DNA from: Pseudomonas phage D3
DNA length: 40,000 nucleotides
Sequence record: AF165214.2
Reading direction: 5' to 3' (one strand)
The notes below the pieces were generated by a model. It ran no database searches, was not told the DNA's origin, and saw only the letters and a program-made list of their open reading frames with translations. Positions 1 through 9,143 of this stretch are shown here, one piece after another. Made by a program: the position numbers and the translations under genes. The stretch's first letter is position 1; every line of letters begins with the position of its first letter.

Positions 1-36
1 GGTCTTTTTCCATTTCCACAGAATTTAGGTTCCCGA

Positions 37-417
37 ATGGCCCGTCACAAGCAGCCTGCCGAGGTCGCAAAGTTCAAGGGCGCGGACAAGAAGAACCCTC
101 AGCGCTACCGGCAGGAGCCAGCAAAGGGCGAGGGGGATATCGGCGAAGCGCCCATCCATCTGCAAGGCCCCGCTCGTCTCGCATGGAAAGAGTTGTGCAC
201 TCAGTCGATCAAGGGCGTTCTGACGGGATCGGACCGGATCATCCTGGAGGTCACCGCGAACCTGCTTGCTGAATACCGCGCCGATCCGACTGAGTTCGCG
301 GTTGGCAAGTACACCCACCTGATCGGAAATCTGGCCCGGCTTGGACTAACGCCGTCCGACCGCCAGAAGTTCGGCCTGGAAAAGCCGAAGGAGAAGGACG
401 AGTTCGAGGATTTCTGA
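37..417 (+). CDS. terS: phage terminase small subunit (P27-like)
   Basis: 126-aa ORF directly upstream of TerL; MARHKQPAEVAKFKGADKKNPQRY start and size typical of small terminases. Confidence 0.8.
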   Translation: MARHKQPAEVAKFKGADKKNPQRYRQEPAKGEGDIGEAPIHLQGPARLAWKELCTQSIKGVLTGSDRIILEVTANLLAEYRADPTEFAVGKYTHLIGNLARLGLTPSDRQKFGLEKPKEKDEFEDF

Positions 418-418
418 G

Positions 419-2110
419 ATGACCCCCAGCGACATTGCGCGACAGTACGCTAGCGATGTCGTGGGTGGGGCTATCGTTGCGTGCCGGTATGTGGCGCTTG
501 CATGCCAGCGCTTCCTGAATGACTTGGACCGCCAGAGCGATGACGATTGGCCATACGTTTTCGATGAGGCCAAGGCAGATCGTGCTGTCAAGTTCATGCA
601 GCTCATGCCTCACACCAAAGGCAAATGGAGCGCTTCGAAGTCGAAGCTAGTGTTCGAGCCTTGGCAGGTATTCATCGAGGCCAACATCTTCGGCTGGGTG
701 AAGAGGGACACCGGCAAGCGCAGGTTCCGCGAGGCCTACGAAGAGATTCCCAGGAAGAACGGGAAGTCGGCCCGTCTTGCCGCACGAGGCATTTACCTAT
801 TCGCCGCCGATGGCGAGTCGGGGGCCGAGGTCTACTCCGGCGCCACCACCGAGAAGCAGGCCTTCGAGGTTTTCCGTCCGGCGTGGATGATGGCGCACAA
901 GCTGGAGAACCTGCGTAACCGATTCGGTATCGAACTTTCTGGAAACCAGAAGAACCCTGGGCCCATGTTCGTCATGGAGGACATGTCGAAGTTCGAGACG
1001 GTTATCGGCAACCCAGGGGACGGCGCGAGTCCCCATGCGGCCCTGGTGGACGAGTACCACGAACACGACACGGATGCCCTGGTTGACACCATGCAGACCG
1101 GCATGGGGGCACGAGAACAGCCATTGCTGTCGATCATTACGACGGCGGGATCGAATCTCGGCGGACCCTGCCACGAGAAGCGACGGGATGTGATCCGCAT
1201 TCTCGAGGGTCAGACGATCGATGAGACGATTTTCGGGATCATCTACACGATCGACGAGGATGATCCGTGGGATGACCCGGCCAGCCTGATCAAGGCCAAT
1301 CCGAATTACGGAGTGTCGGTATTCCCTGACTTCCTCCTGGCCCAGCTCCAGCAGGCCAAGCGTTCGGCGTCGAAGCAGAACGCCTTCCGCACCAAGCACC
1401 TGAACCAGTGGGTGGGAGCTAGGACGGTCTGGATGAACATGCTGGCCTGGCAGCGGCAGAAGCGCGACTTCACGATTGCGGACATGGCAGGCTGCCGCTG
1501 CTGGATGGCTTTGGACCTGGCGAGCAAGAAAGACGTGGCCGCCCTGGTGATGCTGTTCGAGAAGGCGGGACAGTTCTACTGCATTCCCCGCTTCTACGCT
1601 CCAGAGGCTGCCGCCGAGGAAAACGAGAAGTATCAGAACTTCGCGCTTGAGGGTCACCTGGTCCTGACTCCAGGAAGCATGACGGACTACGCCTTTATCG
1701 AGGCAGACATCCTTGACCTAGCAAAACAGATCGACCTGCAAGATGCTGCCTTCGACGACTGGCAGGCCAACTACCTGATCACACGCCTCTCGAACACCTC
1801 AATCCCGGTCGTGGACTTCAACCAGACGGTGAAGAACATGAGCGACCCGATGAAGGAGGTGGAGGCGAGGGTGATAGCGCGGACGCTCTGGCATGACGGA
1901 AACCCAGTCATGACCTGGATGATGGGAAATGTGGCGGCAAAGATCGATGCGAAGGAAAACATCTACCCGCGCAAGGAAAACGACAACGACCCCAACTGCA
2001 AGATCGACGGTCCAGTGACCTTGATCATGGCTATGGGGCGCGCCCTGGTTGCCGGCGTTGATGACGGCGACGACTTCATGAACGCCATACGGAACCCGAT
2101 CATCGCATGA
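419..2110 (+). CDS. terL: phage terminase large subunit
   Basis: 563 aa; EEIPRKNGKSARLAARGIYLFAADGE Walker-A-like segment; position before portal. Confidence 0.93.
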   Translation: MTPSDIARQYASDVVGGAIVACRYVALACQRFLNDLDRQSDDDWPYVFDEAKADRAVKFMQLMPHTKGKWSASKSKLVFEPWQVFIEANIFGWVKRDTGKRRFREAYEEIPRKNGKSARLAARGIYLFAADGESGAEVYSGATTEKQAFEVFRPAWMMAHKLENLRNRFGIELSGNQKNPGPMFVMEDMSKFETVIGNPGDGASPHAALVDEYHEHDTDALVDTMQTGMGAREQPLLSIITTAGSNLGGPCHEKRRDVIRILEGQTIDETIFGIIYTIDEDDPWDDPASLIKANPNYGVSVFPDFLLAQLQQAKRSASKQNAFRTKHLNQWVGARTVWMNMLAWQRQKRDFTIADMAGCRCWMALDLASKKDVAALVMLFEKAGQFYCIPRFYAPEAAAEENEKYQNFALEGHLVLTPGSMTDYAFIEADILDLAKQIDLQDAAFDDWQANYLITRLSNTSIPVVDFNQTVKNMSDPMKEVEARVIARTLWHDGNPVMTWMMGNVAAKIDAKENIYPRKENDNDPNCKIDGPVTLIMAMGRALVAGVDDGDDFMNAIRNPIIA

Positions 2111-2271
2111 ACATCGCTACTGGCCTCTACCTCTTCTTTGGCGTCCTTGGTCTGGCTCTTTTCGTAGCCGGAACCTTCGTGCTGCTGGGGCTCGGCTGGG
2201 CGCTCATTTCCGGTGCGGCGTCGGCGTTCGCCATAGCGGCGTTCATTCGCAAGGGGCTGACCAGTGAGTAA
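2107..2271 (+). CDS. small hydrophobic membrane protein (54 aa), not in the supplied ORF track
   Basis: ATGA overlap with terL stop; MNIATGLYLFFGVLGLALFVAGTFVLLGLGWALISGAASAFAIAAFIRKGLTSE; overlaps GTG start of portal. Confidence 0.6.
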   Translation: MNIATGLYLFFGVLGLALFVAGTFVLLGLGWALISGAASAFAIAAFIRKGLTSE

Positions 2272-3568
2272 GAGTCTCGGAAAAGTCCTGAGCAGTGCTA
2301 CGTCTGCGCCCAGGTCTTCATTGTTCGGCTGGGGGGGTAAGACCATCCGCCTGACAGATGGCGCGTTCTGGTCGCAGTTCCTGGGGCGAGAGTCGTCTAG
2401 CGGAAAAAAAGTCACTGTCGACAAGGCAATGAAGCTGTCTGCGGTATGGGCTTGTGTTCGCTTGATCTCTACTTCTGTCGCCGGTCTTCCGCTTGGAGTG
2501 TACGAGCGGAAAGCGGACGGAAGCAGAGTCGATGCTCGGTCGTTCCCGCTCTACGATGTTGTTCACAACAGCCCCAACGACGACATGACGGCCTTCCAGT
2601 TCTGGCAGGCCATGGTCGCATCGATGCTGCTTTGGGGTAACGCATACGCGGAGATTCGCCGCGCTGCGGGCAGACCGGCTGCGTTGGACTTCCTGCTTCC
2701 ATCGAGGGTCGACCTGGAGTGTGATGAAAACGGTCGGCTGAAGTACTTCTATACGACAAAGAAGGGTGCTCGTAGAGAGATCGAGCGTACTAACATGCTG
2801 CACATCCCGGCGTTCACGCTGGATGGTCGAATTGGTCTCTCTGCAATCAGATACGGCGTTGATGTCTTCGGCTCGGTCATGTCGGCGGAGGACGCAGCCA
2901 ACGGCACATTCAAGAACGGACTTCTACCCACGGTCGCATTCAAGGTTGATCGCATTCTCCAGCCTGCGCAGCGGGAGGAGTTCAGGGAGTATGTGAAGTC
3001 CGTATCGGGCGCGATGAACTCCGGAAGATCCCCGGTTCTGGAGCAGGGGATTACCCCTGAAACCATCGGCATCAATCCGGTCGATGCTCAGTTGCTGGAG
3101 ACGCGAGAGCATGGCGTGATCGAGATTTGCAGATGGTTCGGGGTGCCGCCCTGGATGATCGGCCAGACCGACAAGGGGAGCAACTGGGGGACAGGGCTTG
3201 AACAGCAGATGCTCGCGTTCCTGACATTCTCGATCAGCTCGATCACCAATCAGATTCAGCAGTGCGTCAACAAGCGGCTGCTAACTGCGCCCGAGCGGAT
3301 TCGCTATTACGCCGAGTTCTCACTTGAGGGGTTCCTGAAGGCTGATAGCGCTGGTCGCGCTGCCTGGTACAGCACTATGGCGCAAAACGGTTTCATGACC
3401 CGCAACGAAGGTCGCCGGAAAGAGAACCTGCCAGAACTCCCCGGCGGAGACATTCTCACCGTCCAATCCAACCTAGTTCCAATCGACCAACTCGGTCAAT
3501 CTAACAAGAGCCAGGCCGTCCGCGCCGCGCTCATGAACTGGTTCAGCCAGCCAGAACCACAGGAGTAA
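2264..3568 (+). CDS. HK97-family portal protein
   Basis: 434 aa, GTG start; SAVWACVRLISTSVAGLPLGVYER and WFGVPPWMIGQTDKG segments typical of portal. Confidence 0.93.
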   Translation: MSKSLGKVLSSATSAPRSSLFGWGGKTIRLTDGAFWSQFLGRESSSGKKVTVDKAMKLSAVWACVRLISTSVAGLPLGVYERKADGSRVDARSFPLYDVVHNSPNDDMTAFQFWQAMVASMLLWGNAYAEIRRAAGRPAALDFLLPSRVDLECDENGRLKYFYTTKKGARREIERTNMLHIPAFTLDGRIGLSAIRYGVDVFGSVMSAEDAANGTFKNGLLPTVAFKVDRILQPAQREEFREYVKSVSGAMNSGRSPVLEQGITPETIGINPVDAQLLETREHGVIEICRWFGVPPWMIGQTDKGSNWGTGLEQQMLAFLTFSISSITNQIQQCVNKRLLTAPERIRYYAEFSLEGFLKADSAGRAAWYSTMAQNGFMTRNEGRRKENLPELPGGDILTVQSNLVPIDQLGQSNKSQAVRAALMNWFSQPEPQE

Positions 3569-3571
3569 CCC

Positions 3572-4462
3572 ATGATTCTGCGAAATCTTCCGGCAGCGCC
3601 GGAGGTTCGCCCGCGCTCGGGCGTCCAGTGCGACCTGGCGCCCAAAGCGCTAGATGCATGGCGTCCTGAGCTTCGAGCAGCTTCTGGCGATAACCCGGAC
3701 TCCACGATCACCATCTACGAGCCGATTGGCTACGACTGGTGGACCGGTGAAGGTGTCACGGCAAAACGCATTGCTGGCGCTCTGCGCTCCATCGGCAACG
3801 ATGTCGATGTGACCGTGAACATCAACAGCCCCGGCGGCGACGTATTCGAAGGCCTGGCCATTTACAACCTGCTGCGCGAGCACAAGGGCAAGGTCACGGT
3901 GAACATCATCGGCCTGGCTGCCTCTGCCGCCTCTTTCATCGCCATGGCGGGGGATGAAATCCGCATCGGCCGCGCCGCCTTCCTGATGATCCATAACGCC
4001 TGGCTGATCGCCATGGGTAATCGGAATGATCTCCGTGAGATAGCCGATTGGCTGGAGCCATTCGACATGACGCTGGCTGACATTTACGCACAGCGCACGG
4101 AAATCGACATCGACGACATCGTGAAACAGATGGACGCCGAGACCTGGATCGGCGGGCGCGAAGCCGTCGACAAAGGGTGGGCAGATGCCTTCCTGGAGTC
4201 CGACGAGATCTCCAGCGCTCCCAGCAACCGCAGCGAAGCCATCCTGGCCAAGCGCCGGATGGATGCCGCCCTGGCTCGCAGCGGAATGCCGCGAAGCCAG
4301 CGCAATGAACTCATCAACGACTTCAAGACCAGCATGCTTGGCGCTGCTGGCGGGGGTGGTGACACCCCGACCGATATGCCTGGCGCTGTCGCTCCTGACC
4401 TCTCCGCTGCACTACGGGCAGCACAAGACATCACCAAATTCCTCCAAGGAGAATCGCAATGA
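3572..4462 (+). CDS. ClpP-like head maturation protease
   Basis: NINSPGGDVFEGLAIYNLLR, GLAASAASFIAMAG catalytic Ser region, MIHNAW; between portal and capsid. Confidence 0.93.
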   Translation: MILRNLPAAPEVRPRSGVQCDLAPKALDAWRPELRAASGDNPDSTITIYEPIGYDWWTGEGVTAKRIAGALRSIGNDVDVTVNINSPGGDVFEGLAIYNLLREHKGKVTVNIIGLAASAASFIAMAGDEIRIGRAAFLMIHNAWLIAMGNRNDLREIADWLEPFDMTLADIYAQRTEIDIDDIVKQMDAETWIGGREAVDKGWADAFLESDEISSAPSNRSEAILAKRRMDAALARSGMPRSQRNELINDFKTSMLGAAGGGGDTPTDMPGAVAPDLSAALRAAQDITKFLQGESQ

Positions 4463-5646
4463 GCGACTTCGAAAAACAAATCGGCGAACTGAACGCCAGC
4501 CTCAAGCAGGTCGGGGACCAAATCAAGTCCCAGGCCGAACAGGTAAACACCCAAATCGCCAATTTCGGCGAAATGAACAAGGAAACCCGCGCCAAGGTCG
4601 ACGAACTGCTGACTGCCCAGGGCGAACTGCAAGCACGACTGAGCGCCGCGGAACAAGCCATGCTGGCCAACGAGAAGCGTGACGGCGGCGAGGAAGCACC
4701 GAAGACCGCCGGCCAAATGGTCGCAGAGAGCCTGAAAGAGCAGGGTGTAACCAGCTCCCTGCGCGGCTCGCATCGCGTATCCATGCCGCGCTCGGCCATC
4801 ACCTCCATCGACGGCTCTGGCGGCGCCCTGGTGGCTCCTGATCGTCGCCCCGGTGTCGTTGCCGCTCCGCAGCGTCGACTGACCATCCGCGACCTGGTTG
4901 CGCCTGGCACCACTGAGTCGAACTCCGTCGAGTACGTCCGCGAGACCGGCTTCGTCAACAATGCCGCTCCTGTTTCGGAAGGCACCCAGAAGCCATACTC
5001 CGACCTGACCTTCGAACTGGAAAACGCGCCGGTTCGCACCATCGCACACCTGTTCAAGGCAAGTCGCCAGATCCTGGACGACGCTTCGGCCTTGCAGAGC
5101 TACATCGATGCGCGCGCTCGTTACGGCCTGATGCTGGTCGAAGAATGTCAACTGCTCTACGGGAACGGGACCGGCGCCAATCTGCACGGCATCATTCCGC
5201 AGGCACAGGCCTACGCGCCGCCGAGTGGCGTAGTGGTAACCGCCGAGCAGCGAATCGACCGCATCCGCCTGGCGATCCTTCAGGCGCAACTGGCCGAGTT
5301 CCCGGCCAGCGGTATCGTGCTCAACCCCATCGACTGGGCGCTGATCGAGCTGAACAAGGACGCCGAGAACCGTTACATCATCGGCAGCCCGCAGAACGGC
5401 ACCACTCCGACCCTCTGGCGTCTGCCGGTGGTGGAAACCCAGGCCATCACTCAGGACGAGTTCCTGACCGGTGCGTTCTCTCTCGGCGCCCAGATCTTCG
5501 ACCGCATGGACATCGAGGTTCTGGTTTCCACCGAGAACGACAAGGACTTCGAGAACAACATGGTCACCATCCGCGCTGAGGAGCGGCTGGCCTTCGCGGT
5601 CTATCGCCCCGAGGCTTTCGTGACTGGTTCGCTGACCGCCAGCTAA
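4459..5646 (+). CDS. HK97-fold major capsid protein
   Basis: 395 aa; N-terminal coiled-coil delta-domain-like region then TIRDLVAPGTTESNSVEYVRE...; C-terminal ERLAFAVYRPEAFVTG. Confidence 0.93.
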   Translation: MSDFEKQIGELNASLKQVGDQIKSQAEQVNTQIANFGEMNKETRAKVDELLTAQGELQARLSAAEQAMLANEKRDGGEEAPKTAGQMVAESLKEQGVTSSLRGSHRVSMPRSAITSIDGSGGALVAPDRRPGVVAAPQRRLTIRDLVAPGTTESNSVEYVRETGFVNNAAPVSEGTQKPYSDLTFELENAPVRTIAHLFKASRQILDDASALQSYIDARARYGLMLVEECQLLYGNGTGANLHGIIPQAQAYAPPSGVVVTAEQRIDRIRLAILQAQLAEFPASGIVLNPIDWALIELNKDAENRYIIGSPQNGTTPTLWRLPVVETQAITQDEFLTGAFSLGAQIFDRMDIEVLVSTENDKDFENNMVTIRAEERLAFAVYRPEAFVTGSLTAS

Positions 5647-5653
5647 CTGGAAG

Positions 5654-5680
5654 GGGCCGGGAGACCGGCCCTTCTTTCTT
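5654..5680 (+). terminator. intrinsic-terminator-like hairpin after capsid gene
   Basis: GGGCCGG-gaga-CCGGCCC then TTCTTTCTTT. Confidence 0.6.
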
Positions 5681-5690
5681 TGAGGTGACT

Positions 5691-5978
5691 ATGCCTGACG
5701 TAATGATCAAGCCAGTTCGCTCATACTTGGACGGCGGTCGCGTGAGAAAGGCCGGCGGTGATGCATACCTTGCATCCGAGCACCTGGCGCGCCAATTGGT
5801 GGCCCGAGGCCTGTGCCAGATTGTGGAATCAGAGATCCCAAAGCCTGTGGCTGGCGAGTCGCCGTCTGCCTCGCAAGTGGCCCCAGCCTCACAGCAGAAG
5901 ACTGCGAACGAGTCCGAGAGTGGCGAAACTCCTCGCCGCAGAGGGCGGCCATCTGCACGAACACAACGTTCCGACTGA
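5691..5978 (+). CDS. small hypothetical protein
   Basis: ORF in track (5685..5978) with likely ATG at 5691; just downstream of capsid gene. Confidence 0.6.
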   Translation: MPDVMIKPVRSYLDGGRVRKAGGDAYLASEHLARQLVARGLCQIVESEIPKPVAGESPSASQVAPASQQKTANESESGETPRRRGRPSARTQRSD

Positions 5979-6409
5979 CCCCCTGGGCTGATGCACTTTG
6001 GGCAATGGATAAGGCCTGGTGGGAGAGATACGTCGCAGAGGCCAAAGCAAACTTCTGTGGCGAGCTTCTGACACTCAGCGCCAATCCCTTCGGAATCAAG
6101 ACGGCGCGCATCGAGCACTACAGGAACTCAGGCGGCGGCGCAGTTTCCTTGGCCATCGCCAGGGGTGCTAAACGCATCATCCTGCTGGGCTATGACATGC
6201 AGAAAACCAATGGTCAATCGCACTGGCACGGCGACCACCCGAAGGGGCTCGGGAGCGCCGGCAAGATCGCGGAGTGGCCGTCCGAGTTCGAGCGCCTGAA
6301 GCGCAACAACCCGACAATCGAGATGATCAATTGCACTCGCGAAACAGCGCTGACCTGCTTCGCTCGACGCCCGCTGGAGGAAGTGCTGAATGAGCCTGAT
6401 CCCGCTTGA
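5813..6409 (+). CDS. DUF115/Rossmann-like putative glycan-related phage protein
   Basis: RVAVCLASGPSLTAEDCERVRE near N-term, RGAKRIILLGYDMQ and HWHGDHP; true start uncertain, overlaps preceding ORF in another frame. Confidence 0.6.
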   Translation: MPDCGIRDPKACGWRVAVCLASGPSLTAEDCERVREWRNSSPQRAAICTNTTFRLTPWADALWAMDKAWWERYVAEAKANFCGELLTLSANPFGIKTARIEHYRNSGGGAVSLAIARGAKRIILLGYDMQKTNGQSHWHGDHPKGLGSAGKIAEWPSEFERLKRNNPTIEMINCTRETALTCFARRPLEEVLNEPDPA

Positions 6410-6710
6410 TACAGCAAAGTCCTTCCTTGATGTGATCCACGACTGGGATGACGCCAAGCTCCAATTGCTGCTGGACGGGGCCGAAGACGAGGCCTGCCAA
6501 TTCATGTGGCGCCAGTCTCTTGATGGCCTTTGCAATTGCGAAGAGAGCAGTGAGGTAGTCAGCAGCGAGCCAGGCATTCCGCCTAGCGTGGTCATCGGAG
6601 TGCTTCTTTTGCTTCAGGCCAGCTATCAGGCTGCTCCCGAAGAAATCGCAACGCTGCGCAAGGCGGCCGAGGTAAAGCTGATGCCGTATCGATGCGGCCT
6701 GGGGGTTTGA
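6390..6710 (+). CDS. head-tail connector (HK97 gp6-like)
   Basis: 106 aa, LIPLDTAKSFLDVIHDWDDAKLQLLLDGAEDEA helical connector signature. Confidence 0.8.
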   Translation: MSLIPLDTAKSFLDVIHDWDDAKLQLLLDGAEDEACQFMWRQSLDGLCNCEESSEVVSSEPGIPPSVVIGVLLLLQASYQAAPEEIATLRKAAEVKLMPYRCGLGV

Positions 6711-7067
6711 ATGCTGGCCTACCGTATGCGCCACCGCATTCAGTTTCAGCGGCAGGTCCACACACAAGACCCTGACACGGGAGAAGAGACGACGACCTGG
6801 GAGACGGTTCTGTTCTCCGGTCACGCAGATCTGCCCGCAGAGGTTCTGACTGGGCCGGGTCGCGAGTTGATCGCTGCGGACGCTACGCAGGCGGAGACCA
6901 CTGCCAGGATCAATTGTCGGTGGTTCCCCGTAGAACGGTTGGAACTGTACACCTGGCGGGTCCTCTGGGATGGCCGAGTCTACAACATCACCAGCGCAGA
7001 GACCGATGTCACCGCTCGCCGTGAATGGAGACTGCGCTGTTCTGATGGATTGACGGACGGTCGGTAA
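6711..7067 (+). CDS. head-tail joining / head closure protein
   Basis: 118 aa; MRHRIQFQRQ...W...V...AEVLTGPGRELIAADATQAETTARINCRWF pattern. Confidence 0.8.
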   Translation: MLAYRMRHRIQFQRQVHTQDPDTGEETTTWETVLFSGHADLPAEVLTGPGRELIAADATQAETTARINCRWFPVERLELYTWRVLWDGRVYNITSAETDVTARREWRLRCSDGLTDGR

Positions 7068-7183
7068 CTATTTGGCCCACAAGGGCACCTAACACGCAGC
7101 TAGGCCCGTACAGCCGAACGGCGGATGTCGCTCATCCGTCCGCCCCGCTGCGTTTCTATTCGCCTGATGAGCGAGGTAACGAT

Positions 7184-7684
7184 ATGAGCAGCAACGTCAT
7201 TCCATTTCACTACCAAGGCAAACCGGTGCGTTTCAATAGCGATGGATGGATTAACGCAACCGACATCGCAGCAGCTCACGGCATGCGACTGGACAACTGG
7301 CTGCGCAACAAGGAAACCGAAGCCTACATCGAGGCGCTTGCTCGCCATCTAAATACCTCGGATTCGAGGGATTTGATTCGCGGCCAACGTGGGCGCGGCG
7401 GTGGCACCTGGCTTCACCCAAAGCTGGCCGTGGCATTCGCTCGCTGGATATCGCCCGACTTTGCTGTCTGGGCAGACCTACACATTGACGCACTGCTGCG
7501 CGGTGAGCTGACCGAGAAACAGGCGTTCGACCGGGCGTGCAAGCAGCTTGAGGATGGGCGCCAATTGGCCAGCCTTCACGGTAAAGGGCTTGCGGATTGG
7601 AAGTTCAAAAAACCTATGTTGGAACATCGCGTGGACGAAATGCGCGACCGCCTGCAGATGGTGCTCGGGCTAGAAGCCGCCTAA
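7184..7684 (+). CDS. KilA-N domain protein (late-operon moron)
   Basis: DGWINATDIAAAHGMRLDNWLRNKETEAYIEAL...GRGGGTWLHPKLAVAFARWISPDFAVWADLHIDALL. Confidence 0.88.
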   Translation: MSSNVIPFHYQGKPVRFNSDGWINATDIAAAHGMRLDNWLRNKETEAYIEALARHLNTSDSRDLIRGQRGRGGGTWLHPKLAVAFARWISPDFAVWADLHIDALLRGELTEKQAFDRACKQLEDGRQLASLHGKGLADWKFKKPMLEHRVDEMRDRLQMVLGLEAA

Positions 7685-7702
7685 CCCCGCCCTGACGAAC
7701 GA

Positions 7703-7730
7703 AAGCCCGCCTTGAGCGGGCTTCGTCGTT
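7703..7730 (+). terminator. intrinsic terminator-like hairpin after kilA-N gene
   Basis: AAGCCCGC-cttga-GCGGGCTT then cgtcgttt. Confidence 0.65.
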
Positions 7731-7747
7731 TCTGGAGTAAAGAAATC

Positions 7748-8575
7748 TTGTTCATTCGCGGAATGCTTGGCCTTGGTGACAATATCTACGCGCGCGCGTT
7801 CGTGAAGAAACACCGGGGCGCCTATCTCGAAACGCCATGGCCGCAACTCTATTCAAACATCGATGTTAAATGCGTGCGTTCATGCACCCAACTTCGCACG
7901 CAAGCGAAGAACGTCCAGCGCCCGGCGCAGTGGCACAAGCCTTTCGGTGGTGGACAATTACGAATCGCATACGGTCAGATGCCGATCATCCACGGCTTGC
8001 GACAAGCTTTCCGGTGCGAGCCCGGTGCGTTCGATTTGCCTGACTTCGGCCCGTCGCCGGTCGAGGGGCGCTATGTTCTCGTTCGCCCCGCGACGGTTCG
8101 CGCTGAGTGGCGTGCAGACACGCGCAACCCACTGCCTGAGTACATCGCCAGCGCTGCCTCAGAGATGCGCCGCAGGGGCTGGAAAGTGGTTTCCGTGGCG
8201 GACTTGGAGCCGGGCAAGGAATGGGCCATCGATCCACTCCCGCCGGCAGACATCCAGTTCCACAAGGGCGAACTTCCGGTTGAACAACTGCTGGCGCTGC
8301 TCCAGCACGCTGACGCGGTAATCGGTGGGATTGGCTGGATCGTTCCAGCCAGCATTGCCGCCAAGGTTCCGGCCTGGATTATCTGTGGCGGGCAGGGCGG
8401 CTACAACTCGCCGGAACACATCACCGACAAATGCATGGACCTGTCCCGCATCACCTTCGCGGTTCCCGACAGGTTCTGCCGCTGCACCATGAAACAGCAC
8501 AACTGCGACAAAAGGATCACCGATCATGAACAACGCTTTGCCGCCTGGGCTGACCGACTGCCTGCTCTGGTCTGA
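7748..8575 (+). CDS. glycosyltransferase family 9-like (heptosyltransferase-like) protein
   Basis: N-term FIRGMLGLGDNIYARAFVKK; C-term LLQHADAVIGGIGWIVPASIAAKVPAWIICGG; start could be TTG 7748 or ATG 7763. Confidence 0.7.
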   Translation: MFIRGMLGLGDNIYARAFVKKHRGAYLETPWPQLYSNIDVKCVRSCTQLRTQAKNVQRPAQWHKPFGGGQLRIAYGQMPIIHGLRQAFRCEPGAFDLPDFGPSPVEGRYVLVRPATVRAEWRADTRNPLPEYIASAASEMRRRGWKVVSVADLEPGKEWAIDPLPPADIQFHKGELPVEQLLALLQHADAVIGGIGWIVPASIAAKVPAWIICGGQGGYNSPEHITDKCMDLSRITFAVPDRFCRCTMKQHNCDKRITDHEQRFAAWADRLPALV

Positions 8576-9143
8576 AGAGCTTGGCATGGGCTTCCACCCG
8601 CGTCCTCCGATGGACTATAGCGGGCCGTATTTCGAGAAGTACCAGCTGCTTGACGCTACCCCGATGGGCGCTGCGCTGACTCAGTGCCGCATCGATCTGG
8701 TGCGCCGTCACTTTGCCGGACAGGTGGTAGATATCGGTATCGGCGGAGGCCGTTTCGTCACCGATTCCGGCGCCATGGGCTTTGACGTGAATCCGGAAGC
8801 GGTGGCTTGGCTGAGGGCGCAGGAGCGCTACTACGACCCGTACCGGCACCACGCAGAACCCGTGACCTGCTGGGACAGCCTGGAGCACATCCCGGAGCCG
8901 GAGAAACTGCTGGACCACGTTGGCGAGTGGCTGTTCGTGTCGATGCCGATTTATAAGGATCAGGCTGACTGCCTGTCCTCCAAGCAATACAAGCCGGGTG
9001 AGCATATCTGGTACCACACGATGCACGGTTTGATCGGATGGTGCGAACGTCAAGGTTTCGAATGTGTCGAGGTAAGCGACCAGGAGTCGAAACTTGGCCG
9101 AGAAGGCATCACCAGCTTTGCGTTCCGGAGAGTCCATGGCTGA
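8526..9143 (+). CDS. class I SAM-dependent methyltransferase
   Basis: VVDIGIGGGRFVTDSGAMGFDVNPEAV and CWDSLEHIPEPEKLLDHV motifs. Confidence 0.8.
   Translation: MNNALPPGLTDCLLWSEELGMGFHPRPPMDYSGPYFEKYQLLDATPMGAALTQCRIDLVRRHFAGQVVDIGIGGGRFVTDSGAMGFDVNPEAVAWLRAQERYYDPYRHHAEPVTCWDSLEHIPEPEKLLDHVGEWLFVSMPIYKDQADCLSSKQYKPGEHIWYHTMHGLIGWCERQGFECVEVSDQESKLGREGITSFAFRRVHG

Noticed and set aside
23-33. ATTTAGGTTCC near window start matching the attP core start
   Set aside because: Only 11 nt shared, without T arm or CCA; likely chance.
797-1657. 286-aa minus-strand ORF opposite terL
   Set aside because: Antisense to a clear TerL gene; typical GC-rich shadow ORF.
4084-5289. 401-aa minus-strand ORF opposite protease/capsid genes
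   Set aside because: Antisense shadow of well-supported high-GC genes; low-complexity Leu/Ala/Gly/Ser composition and no ribosome site or motif recognised.
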